Part shown: piece by piece, positions 56,462 to 64,000 of the stretch | Layout: each line of letters starts with the position of its first letter | How positions within the stretch are numbered: the stretch's first letter is position 1 | Assembly: GCA_947598485.1 (NCBI GenBank) | Contig: CANQFJ010000002.1 | Span: 12,065-76,064 of the forward strand | DNA from: an uncultured Bacilli bacterium | GTDB lineage: Bacteria > Bacillota_I > Bacilli_A > RF39 > UBA660 | Direction: 5' to 3' | Length of the DNA: 64,000 nt | Notes under the pieces: generated by a model | The model's input: the letters and a program-made list of their open reading frames with translations, nothing else | Database searches by the model: none | Told to the model about the DNA's origin: nothing | Translations under genes and position numbers: made by a program

Positions 56462-57376
56462 ATGTTTAAATTATTAAATCGTTATTTTCGTTTTTTTAGA
56501 CTTTCTATATATTCTCTTTTTACTAAAGGGACAAGAAACTCTGCCTACAATATTTCTAAGAAAGAATCAGCTTTATTAAAGTTAGATTCTTTTAATATTG
56601 TCCTTAATACTTTTGTCTTACAAGGTATATGTCTTATTGATGATTATGTTTTTATTACAGCATATGATGATAAAAGAGAGCAAAATTCTAAAATAATGAT
56701 TTTTAAAGATAAAAATTTATGTCATGAAACGGATTTAAATACTAAAAGTCATGTCGGAGGCATATGTTTTGATAATATTCATAATATCATTTGGATTACT
56801 GATTCAAGAGGCACAATAAGTGGTTATGAATATGAGGATATTATCAAAAATGATAAAGCATATCCAAAATATAAAAAGATAAAAGTTATAAATGAACATA
56901 TAAATATCTATGGTAATAATGCTACGGCTTTTATTACTTATTTTAATAATAAATTATATGTAGGTAACTATCATAAAAGGAAATATAGTGCTATAATAGA
57001 GTATAACATACAGGATAATGGCTTAATTGATTTAGATTCATATCGCGTTATTAAAGGTTTAGATTTTGTTCAAGGTATTTTCTTTTATGAAGATGGTGAT
57101 AATACTTATTTACTTGCTAGTTCATCTTTTATCTTAAAAAAGTCCTTAATAAAAATATTTAACTATAATGATAAGATAACTGATTTAAGTAAAGAAGTGG
57201 CTATAGCTTCATATAAAATGGGACCTATGCTTGAACAAATTGCGATTGATAAAAATAAAATATTATATGCTGTCTTTGAATCTAATGCTTTAAAATTTAA
57301 AAAATATAGACTCAAAAATAATGATATAGAACTATATGATTTAGCGAAAGGAAACTATAATGATAAAGGAAAGTAA
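56462..57376 (+). CDS. Hypothetical protein with repeated beta-strand motifs (beta-propeller-like; possibly glutaminyl-cyclase-like)
   Basis: It contains recurring G-hydrophobic-x-F/L-x-D segments (QGICLIDDYVFITAYDD, GGICFDNIHNIIWITD, VQGIFFYEDGDNTYLLASS). The family assignment is uncertain. Confidence 0.45.
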   Translation: MFKLLNRYFRFFRLSIYSLFTKGTRNSAYNISKKESALLKLDSFNIVLNTFVLQGICLIDDYVFITAYDDKREQNSKIMIFKDKNLCHETDLNTKSHVGGICFDNIHNIIWITDSRGTISGYEYEDIIKNDKAYPKYKKIKVINEHINIYGNNATAFITYFNNKLYVGNYHKRKYSAIIEYNIQDNGLIDLDSYRVIKGLDFVQGIFFYEDGDNTYLLASSSFILKKSLIKIFNYNDKITDLSKEVAIASYKMGPMLEQIAIDKNKILYAVFESNALKFKKYRLKNNDIELYDLAKGNYNDKGK

Positions 57377-58037
57377 AAAGGGTACTTTGATAGTTATATC
57401 AGGACCAAGTGGCAGTGGTAAGGGGAGTATCATAAATGGGCTTTTAGCAAGAGATGATAAGTCAAGATGGCTTTCTATTTCAACTACATCAAGGCCTATA
57501 CGAGCTAATGACATACCTGGTAAAACTTATAATTTTGTTAGTAAGGAAGAATTTGAACAAAAGATTAAGGAAGGTTACTTTTTAGAATATACCAATTATG
57601 TAGGTAATTATTATGGAACTCCCAAAGAATATATTAGTGATAAGTTAAAAAATGGTATTGATGTTATCTTGGAAATTGAAATCGAAGGAGCAAGTAATAT
57701 TAAAAAACTTATTCCCGGAGCTTTATTTATCTTCATTATGCCACCTTCTTTAAAGATAATGGTCCAAAGACTTAAGAAAAGAGGAACTGATAGTCCTGAG
57801 AAAATACTAGAAAGATTTCGAAGAGCTTATCAAGAAATTAATGATGTTACTAAATATAACTATGTTGTTGTGAATGATGATTTAGATAAAGCTATTGATA
57901 AAGTTGAAGCTATATTAAAAGCGGAAAAGTGTCGAGTAGATCGAATTGAAGAAGTATACTTAGATACTAAAGAAGAAGAGATTCATGAACTTTTACTAGA
58001 TAATAAAGAATTTACCAATAAAGATATTGAAGTGTAA
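57360..58037 (+). CDS. gmk: Guanylate kinase
   Basis: The P-loop is ISGPSGSGKGS and the fold is guanylate-kinase-like. Its start overlaps the end of the previous gene. Confidence 0.8.
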   Translation: MIKESKKGTLIVISGPSGSGKGSIINGLLARDDKSRWLSISTTSRPIRANDIPGKTYNFVSKEEFEQKIKEGYFLEYTNYVGNYYGTPKEYISDKLKNGIDVILEIEIEGASNIKKLIPGALFIFIMPPSLKIMVQRLKKRGTDSPEKILERFRRAYQEINDVTKYNYVVVNDDLDKAIDKVEAILKAEKCRVDRIEEVYLDTKEEEIHELLLDNKEFTNKDIEV

Positions 58038-58053
58038 AAAGAGGTATGAAGTT

Positions 58054-59430
58054 ATGAAAAAAATATTAGAAAACAAAAAATTATTAGCAATAATTATAGG
58101 AGTAATAATCCTTGTCATAATTGGTGTTGTAAGTCTTATTTTAATTAATAATAAACCTAGCAAAAAGGAAGATAAGAAAGTACAAAAAGAAGAAATTCAT
58201 ACAATGTATGTTAAGATTAATCCTTTAGTTAAACTTACTTATAAAGAATCTCTATTTACTTGTGAGGATAAAAATGGTAATGATATCTTATGTTCAGACG
58301 GAACCGGTACAGTTATGGGGTATGAACTTATAAATGATGATGCTAAAGAATTTTATAAAGATTTAGATTTTAATGGTAAATATATTGGCGAAGTATTATT
58401 AATGTTATGTGAAACAGCCCGAGATAATAATGTAGGATTTGAAAGCCTAGAGATAACAACTGATAGCGAACACTTTAATAAAGAAGAAATGTTAGATTAT
58501 TTAAAAGATAATTCTAAATATGAATTTAGTTATGATATATACGTTAATTTTGAAGAACATATTGACGAAGATGAAATAGTTAAAGATGAAGAAATAAACA
58601 ATAAATTCTTAGTTAATTTTAATAGTGATGGAGGAAGTAAAGTAGAAAGTCAAACTGTAAACAAAGGTGATAAAGCTTCAAGGCCTAGTGATCCTGTTAA
58701 AGAAGGTTATGATTTTGTCGAATGGCAACTTGATGGAAAGACATTTGATTTTAATACGCAGATAACTAAAGATATAACTTTAGAGGCTTTATGGAAACAA
58801 AAAGAGATAGATAAAGATGAAACGACCGATAAAAAGGAAGAAAAACCAGTAGATCCAACACCTGAAAAGCCTACCGAAGATTCCAAGCCATCTAAGACGC
58901 CTTCCAGTATTTCTAAAATTAATTTAAATGATAATATTTTGGTACAAGTTATTTATTCTGGAACTATGTGTGGTTGGAAATCTTTTGCCACGAATTTGGA
59001 AACTTTATTTCCTGGTTATGTTAAATATCAAGGTATAGAACTTGGAGAACTTACAGAGTATAACCAACTACCTTATGATGATTATAATAAAAAAGAAGGC
59101 CAAATAGAGTATGATATAAATAAAGAAAATACTGCTGTAAATGAGCTGAATGCTTTAAAGAATCAAAAAATTCCTGGTTTAAATGGTTTAGAGTATTCAC
59201 TAGAAAACCATCATTTTAAATATTCTTATGATTATTTAGTTATTTACTATGAAAATGAAAATCCTTTTGAAGAATTAAACAATTATTTAATGCAAGGAGA
59301 TAAACAAATAAAAGATATTTTTAAAGATGCTTATAGTTTATATGGAGGATGTGGAACTGGCCCTGATGATCCACAGTTATTAACTAAAGACTTATGTAAT
59401 GAATATAATTTAACTTGTGATAGATGGTAA
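58054..59430 (+). CDS. Membrane-anchored surface protein with a Listeria-Bacteroides repeat (Flg_new) domain and a Pro/Lys-rich linker
   Basis: An N-terminal TM helix. The repeat FLVNFNSDGGSKVESQTVNKGDKASRPSDPVKEGYDFVEWQLDGKTFDF...LEALW matches the List_Bact repeat. The linker is PVDPTPEKPTEDSKPSKTP. AAAGAGG precedes the ATG at 58054; the ATG at 58027 is an alternative start. Confidence 0.6.
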   Translation: MKKILENKKLLAIIIGVIILVIIGVVSLILINNKPSKKEDKKVQKEEIHTMYVKINPLVKLTYKESLFTCEDKNGNDILCSDGTGTVMGYELINDDAKEFYKDLDFNGKYIGEVLLMLCETARDNNVGFESLEITTDSEHFNKEEMLDYLKDNSKYEFSYDIYVNFEEHIDEDEIVKDEEINNKFLVNFNSDGGSKVESQTVNKGDKASRPSDPVKEGYDFVEWQLDGKTFDFNTQITKDITLEALWKQKEIDKDETTDKKEEKPVDPTPEKPTEDSKPSKTPSSISKINLNDNILVQVIYSGTMCGWKSFATNLETLFPGYVKYQGIELGELTEYNQLPYDDYNKKEGQIEYDINKENTAVNELNALKNQKIPGLNGLEYSLENHHFKYSYDYLVIYYENENPFEELNNYLMQGDKQIKDIFKDAYSLYGGCGTGPDDPQLLTKDLCNEYNLTCDRW

Positions 59431-59448
59431 ATATTTTAGGAGAAGAGA

Positions 59449-60117
59449 ATGAAAAAAGAAAAAAGTATAAAAGATAATAAGAAAAACAATACCAAAGTGA
59501 TAATTAAAAAAGTAGCAAAAATAGTATGTATTATAGTAGTTGTTTTAATCGCAGTGATTTTACTCGATACATTACAAGCTTTACTTTATGATAATAGTCC
59601 TTTAATAAAAGTTAGGGAAAAGGATAGTTTGTATACAGTAGATAAAGGGATATTAGTTAGAACTTATACATATTGTGATGGCAGTAAAAAAACCATATCT
59701 AATTTTATTCCAAGAACTTTGAGTATACCAGTTTGTCGCAATAATAATGATAAAAATGAAACAACTGAAAATAGTGAACTTTCTTGCTTAGAAAATTTAC
59801 TTGGTGGTTATATTGTAACTGAAAATACTAGTCTTGTTGAAGAGAAGCTTTCAAGTATAATTGATGTTGATGATGACTTAGAAGATGCAATTTTAATAAG
59901 AGGAAAAAATTCTAACACAGAAACTGGCATTAGTGTAATAATAAAAACTGAAGATGATAAGATAATTAGTGATCTTGATAAATACTTTAGTAAAAATTAT
60001 GCCGGTTATAAATCATTTGTAAGTGGTGAATATAATATATATCTTTACAATAAGACACTTAGTGATAAAGAGCTTAATAATTTAAAAGCTCAAACTACTA
60101 AATGTTTAGCAAATTGA
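59449..60117 (+). CDS. Hypothetical N-terminally membrane-anchored protein; paralog of the gene at 47487
   Basis: The segment LDTLQALLYDNSPLIKV...YTYCDGSKKTISNF aligns with the 47487 protein. Confidence 0.5.
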   Translation: MKKEKSIKDNKKNNTKVIIKKVAKIVCIIVVVLIAVILLDTLQALLYDNSPLIKVREKDSLYTVDKGILVRTYTYCDGSKKTISNFIPRTLSIPVCRNNNDKNETTENSELSCLENLLGGYIVTENTSLVEEKLSSIIDVDDDLEDAILIRGKNSNTETGISVIIKTEDDKIISDLDKYFSKNYAGYKSFVSGEYNIYLYNKTLSDKELNNLKAQTTKCLAN

Positions 60118-60147
60118 TATAAGAATTAATAATTATAATTAGCAAAA

Positions 60148-60239
60148 TGCCAAATTAGGAAGTAAAAGTGCGCCAAATTAAGAACTAAAAACACGCCAAA
60201 TTAGGAACTGAAAACTTGCCAAATTAGGAAATTATTAAC
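60148..60239 (+). promoter_or_regulatory. Four tandem 22-23-bp direct repeats (core GCCAAATTAGGAA) upstream of the C39-like peptidase gene; a candidate array of response-regulator binding sites
   Basis: The repeats are TGCCAAATTAGGAAGTAAAAG, GCGCCAAATTAAGAACTAAAAAC, ACGCCAAATTAGGAACTGAAAAC and TTGCCAAATTAGGAAATTATTAAC. A 22-bp period is two helical turns. Confidence 0.55.
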
Positions 60240-60396
60240 AATTTAACAACAAATATGGCGAAAGTTTTGATGAAATAGGTTATTTTAATAATCTATTTTT
60301 TTATTTTAAGAAAATATTAAGAAACATATAAGAATAAGTTAAAGATTCAAAGGGTCTTTACTTGCTAATATTGTTGTGTAAGTAGGGAGGTCCTTT

Positions 60397-61248
60397 ATGA
60401 AGAAAAATAAAAGACACTTAAAAAAGAGTTTCAGGATATTTTTAATTGTCGTAGTACTAACTTTTGTCATTGGTAGTTTGCAAATTAGATTAAATAAAGA
60501 TAACTATTATAATAGCTTTATAAGTGAGAATGAAAGCATTATTCCGGATATAAACTTTAAAGAAGACTTAACAATTTTAGAAAAATTAAAGATTTTAAGG
60601 GAATATGATAAAAGGGTAGATAAGATAATTAAAAATTATGATGAATATCCAGAAATATTATTAGAATCTTTAACTAATAATCCTGATATGTTAGATTTCG
60701 TCATAGATTACCCTGATAAGTTAGGTAATGTCTATAGCGATAATGTCGGAGATATTAAAGAAGGGGAAGTACCACTTTTACTCCAATGGGATAAAAGATG
60801 GGGATATGCAAGATATGGTGGAAGTAGTATTGCTGTAAGTGGCTGTGGACCTACCGCCCTATCAATGGTTATTGTAAGTCTTACAAAGAATAATACTATG
60901 ACTCCTTATAAAGTTGCTAAGTTTGCTCAAGATAACGGTTATTACTTTGATGAATTAGGTACTACTTGGACTCTTATGAGTGAAGGAGCAAGAAAACTTG
61001 GAGTGGAAAGTCGTGAACTTCCTTTATCGAAAACCGTTATCTTTAATGCTTTAGAAAATGGTCATCCAATTATATGTAGTGTAAGGCCAGGGGATTTTAC
61101 TAAAACAGGTCACTACATAGTCCTCGTAGGTATTAAAGATGGTAAAATAAAAGTAAATGATCCTAATAGCAAAGAAAGAAGTGATAAACTATGGGATTAC
61201 GAAAAAATCGAAGGTCAAATAAAGAATTTATGGGAATATTACGTTTGA
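60397..61248 (+). CDS. Membrane-anchored peptidase C39-like domain protein (PF13529-like)
   Basis: An N-terminal TM helix. The putative catalytic Cys motif is YGGSSIAVSGCGPTALSMVI, and a His-containing segment TGHYIVLVG lies downstream. Confidence 0.6.
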   Translation: MKKNKRHLKKSFRIFLIVVVLTFVIGSLQIRLNKDNYYNSFISENESIIPDINFKEDLTILEKLKILREYDKRVDKIIKNYDEYPEILLESLTNNPDMLDFVIDYPDKLGNVYSDNVGDIKEGEVPLLLQWDKRWGYARYGGSSIAVSGCGPTALSMVIVSLTKNNTMTPYKVAKFAQDNGYYFDELGTTWTLMSEGARKLGVESRELPLSKTVIFNALENGHPIICSVRPGDFTKTGHYIVLVGIKDGKIKVNDPNSKERSDKLWDYEKIEGQIKNLWEYYV

Positions 61249-61285
61249 TGATATATAATAAAGATGTTTAGGATTAAGGGATATT

Positions 61286-61975
61286 ATGAATATTTTAGTA
61301 GTAGATGATGAGAAAGAGATTGCCGATTTAATTGAGATATGTTTAAAAAATGCTAATTATAATGTTTATAAATATTACACAAGTAATAAGGTAGTCGAAG
61401 ATTTAGAAAGCCTTAAAATAGATTTAGCTATTTTAGATGTTATGATGCCAGATATTGATGGTTTCTCTTTATGCCAAATGATTAGAGAAAAGTATAACTT
61501 TCCTATTATCTTTGTAACTGCTAAAGTTGAAGATATTGATAAGATAAATGGTCTTACGATTGGCGCTGATGACTATATAACTAAACCCTTTAAACCCTTG
61601 GAACTTATGGCCAGAGTAAAGGCTCAACTTCGAAGATACACAACTTATAATGAAAATAATCTTGAAAATGAAAGTGTAATTGATTTTAGAAATATAGTAA
61701 TTAATAAAAATACGCATGAATTTTATTTTAATGATAAGAAGATAGAGCTAACACCAATTGAGTTTGATATATTGTGGTATTTATGTCAAAATCGGGGTAG
61801 TGTAGTTAAAACTGAAGATTTATTTAGTCATGTTTGGCAAGAAAAATATTATGAAAATGATAACAATACCATTATGGTTCATATTCGTCATTTAAGAGAA
61901 AAGATGAATGATACAGGTAAAAAGCCTAAATATATTGTTACTATATGGGGAGTGGGGTATAAAATTGAAAAATAA
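61286..61975 (+). CDS. OmpR/PhoB-family response regulator
   Basis: The receiver domain has VVDDE...LAILDVMMPDIDG (phospho-accepting Asp) and a winged-helix C-terminus (TPIEFDILWYL). Confidence 0.85.
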   Translation: MNILVVDDEKEIADLIEICLKNANYNVYKYYTSNKVVEDLESLKIDLAILDVMMPDIDGFSLCQMIREKYNFPIIFVTAKVEDIDKINGLTIGADDYITKPFKPLELMARVKAQLRRYTTYNENNLENESVIDFRNIVINKNTHEFYFNDKKIELTPIEFDILWYLCQNRGSVVKTEDLFSHVWQEKYYENDNNTIMVHIRHLREKMNDTGKKPKYIVTIWGVGYKIEK

Positions 61976-61979
61976 GTCA

Positions 61980-63077
61980 TTAATGAAAAAAACTTTAATT
62001 AACTTTGTAATTAGACTTGTTGTATGGACACTTTCTTTTCCTGCCTTCTTTATTATTTTTTACTTTATAATAAGCCGTTCTGATTTCCAATGGGTATATA
62101 ATTATTCACCAGAAATTTATTATAATGCTAAAAATCTTATAAACAATTTATCTAGTGGTTATTTACCTTTTAACGTTTTAGCTATAGCAATTGGTATATG
62201 GCTTTTAGGCTTTATAATTATGTTATATATTTTAATTAGAAAGACCTTTTCTTATATTAATGCTTTATCTATCGCTTCAGAAAATATCCTCAATAAAGAT
62301 GTTGAATATATTGAACTTCCTAAAGATTTTGAAAATTTACAAATGAAGATTAATCATTTGAAAAAAGAAGCTGAGAAAAATGAAATATTAGCAAGGGAAA
62401 ATGAACAGAAGAAAAATGATTTAATTGTTTATCTTGCTCATGATTTAAAAACACCTCTTACTTCGATGATTGGTTATTTATCTTTACTTGATGAAATAAA
62501 AGATATGCCTAAAAAACAAAGAGAAAAATATATCGGCATAGCTCTTGATAAGTCTTATCGTTTGGAAGATTTAATAAACGAATTATTTGATATTGCCAGA
62601 TTCAATAATGAAACTATTGTTTTACAAAAAGAAGAAATTAATTTAAATTTAATGCTTGAACAACTTGTTGATGATTTCTATCCTCTTTTAATGGAAAATA
62701 ATAAAGAAGTTAAACTAAATTATCATGATAAAGTTATAATAATGGGTGATTCAGATAAACTAGCAAGAGTATTTAGTAACTTAATAAAAAATGCTATTAG
62801 CTATAGTAATGATAAATTAATAACTATCGATGTTGAAACGGATAATGATTATGTTACTATTACCGTAAGTAATAAGGGCAAGAAGATACCTAAAGAAGAA
62901 CTTGATAAAATCTTTACTAAGTTTTATCGTCTTGATAATGCCAGATCCTCTAAAACCGGAGGTAGTGGTCTAGGTCTTGCTATAAGCAAAGAGATTGTAG
63001 AGCTTCATGGGGGAAGTATTAACGCTGAAAGTGATGAGCTAACTAAATTTATTGTTAAACTTCCTTTTAAAGGATAA
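61980..63077 (+). CDS. Sensor histidine kinase (VanS/short-sensor type)
   Basis: Two TM helices with a short loop. The H-box is YLAHDLKTPLTSMIGY, the N-box is NLIKNAISY and the G-boxes are GGSGLGLAI. The TTG at 61962 is an alternative start that would overlap the end of the response-regulator gene. Confidence 0.8.
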   Translation, partial: LMKKTLINFVIRLVVWTLSFPAFFIIFYFIISRSDFQWVYNYSPEIYYNAKNLINNLSSGYLPFNVLAIAIGIWLLGFIIMLYILIRKTFSYINALSIASENILNKDVEYIELPKDFENLQMKINHLKKEAEKNEILARENEQKKNDLIVYLAHDLKTPLTSMIGYLSLLDEIKDMPKKQREKYIGIALDKSYRLEDLINELFDIARFNNETIVLQKEEINLNLMLEQLVDDFYPLLMENNKEVKLNYHDKVIIMGDSDKLARVFSNLIKNAISYSNDKLITIDVETDNDYVTITVSNKGKKIPKEELDKIFTKFYRLDNARSSKTGGSGLGLAISKEIVELHGGSINAESDELTKFIVKLPFKG

Positions 63078-63126
63078 TTTAATATAATAGGATTATAAAA
63101 ATAGCTATTTAGGCCATATTAATGGT

Positions 63127-64000
63127 ATGAAAACAATTCCCATATGGCAAGATATTAAAACAAAAGACTATCCTAGGTTAGATAGAGATATAGAAACAGA
63201 TATTTTAATAATCGGTGGTGGAATAACCGGTATTAATCTTTTATATGCTTTAAAAGATGACAAACGAAAGATTACTTTGGTGGAAAAAAATAAGATTGGT
63301 ATGGGCGTAACATCAAGATCAACTGCGAAGATAACCTTTTTAGAGCAAAATATTTATACCAAACTTAAGAAAAATTTTAACTTTAATACGGCATATTCAT
63401 TTTATAAAGCTACTAAAGAAGCCATTACTAAAATGGTTACTGTTATCAAAAAAGAGAAAATCGAATGTGACTTAGAAAAAGTAGACTCTTATTTTTATAC
63501 TTTATCTAAATTAAATATTAACGAAATAACTGAAGAGCAAAAAATTCTCGAATCTTTTGGCGAAAAAGTATATGAAGTAGAAAAACTTCCTAACAATATT
63601 AAAGTTCAAAAGGGCATTTATGTTAAAGATACCTATGTTTTTCACCCCTTAAAGTACGTTAATAAACTTGCTAAGATAAGTATTACAGATAATCATCAAA
63701 TATATGAAAATACTAATATTTATAAAATTGAAAAAGTAGATAATTATTTTACTGCCTATACGAATAATAATACTATTAAGTGCAATGATATAGTTCTTTC
63801 GTGTCATTATCCTTACTTTTTGCTACCATTTATCTTTCCGTTGAAGTGTTATATAGAAAAGTCATATATTATGGCTTGTAAAAATCAAAATTTATTATTT
63901 AGTGCTATTAATGAGCAAAATCCTATTTATTCTTATCGTTATTATAAAGATTATTTGCTTACTTTAAGTAGTTCACATAATGGTAGTTTTAATAATAATC
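63127..64000 (+). CDS. FAD-dependent oxidoreductase (DAO-like); the 3' end lies outside the window
   Basis: The N-terminal dinucleotide-binding motif is DILIIGGGITGINL. The frame stays open to the end of the window. Confidence 0.6.
   Translation, partial: MKTIPIWQDIKTKDYPRLDRDIETDILIIGGGITGINLLYALKDDKRKITLVEKNKIGMGVTSRSTAKITFLEQNIYTKLKKNFNFNTAYSFYKATKEAITKMVTVIKKEKIECDLEKVDSYFYTLSKLNINEITEEQKILESFGEKVYEVEKLPNNIKVQKGIYVKDTYVFHPLKYVNKLAKISITDNHQIYENTNIYKIEKVDNYFTAYTNNNTIKCNDIVLSCHYPYFLLPFIFPLKCYIEKSYIMACKNQNLLFSAINEQNPIYSYRYYKDYLLTLSSSHNGSFNNN

Noticed and set aside
1-64000. Prophage, IS element or integrative element spanning the region
   Set aside because: No integrase, transposase, recombinase or phage structural genes were recognised in any frame. 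The foreign-looking inserts are small cassettes with no mobility gene.

Overview
This 64-kb window is very AT-rich (roughly 27-30% GC by eye) and looks like a low-GC Firmicute chromosome. Almost every gene is on the + strand.

Gene content, 5' to 3':
- 1-6 kb: the 3' end of an ABC exporter gene, a secreted thermonuclease, a ZIP metal transporter, then a gene pair. The first gene of the pair is a secreted SH3b/GH73 N-acetylglucosaminidase ending in a canonical type-I dockerin. The second is a membrane protein whose N-terminal domain looks like a cohesin.
- 6.1-6.8 kb: a single minus-strand DUF3800 gene, flanked by promoter/terminator pairs that may encode small RNAs.
- 7.1-42.8 kb: a roughly 35-kb cell-wall glycopolymer locus. 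It holds TagO/TagA initiation enzymes, a TagGH-like ABC exporter, a complete GDP-D-glycero-D-manno-heptose pathway (hddA, an SDR, a hddC-gmhB fusion, gmhA), and a GtrB-like/GT-C/acyltransferase-3 decoration set. It also holds many GT2/GT4 glycosyltransferases, including a 992-aa protein with GT8-like, GT2 and pyruvyltransferase domains and a Wzy-like/GT4 fusion, plus a radical-SAM enzyme. The most unusual part is a dlt-like but non-canonical acyl-esterification module: a FkbH-like HAD-IIIC loader, an ACP, a VOC epimerase, an MBOAT and three DltD-like paralogs.
- Two apparent foreign insertions sit inside this locus. One is a Panacea-domain (DUF4065) gene plus an AAA+ ATPase/DUF4143 gene whose DUF4143 C-terminus has a PD-(D/E)XK-like motif, both preceded by copies of the same repeat motif. 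The other is a frameshifted DUF1016 (YhcG) PD-(D/E)XK nuclease gene embedded in a family of GC-rich palindromes and half-site arrays.
- 42.8-64 kb: mostly housekeeping genes (gltX, cysS, a YugP-family Zn-protease, alr, xfp phosphoketolase, NUDIX, ATP-grasp, acyl-CoA synthetase, a D-Ala-D-Ala carboxypeptidase, gmk), then several uncharacterised membrane proteins, a C39-like peptidase preceded by four 22-bp direct repeats, an OmpR-type two-component system, and the 5' end of an FAD-dependent oxidoreductase gene.

I found no rRNA or tRNA genes, no CRISPR array and no transposase.
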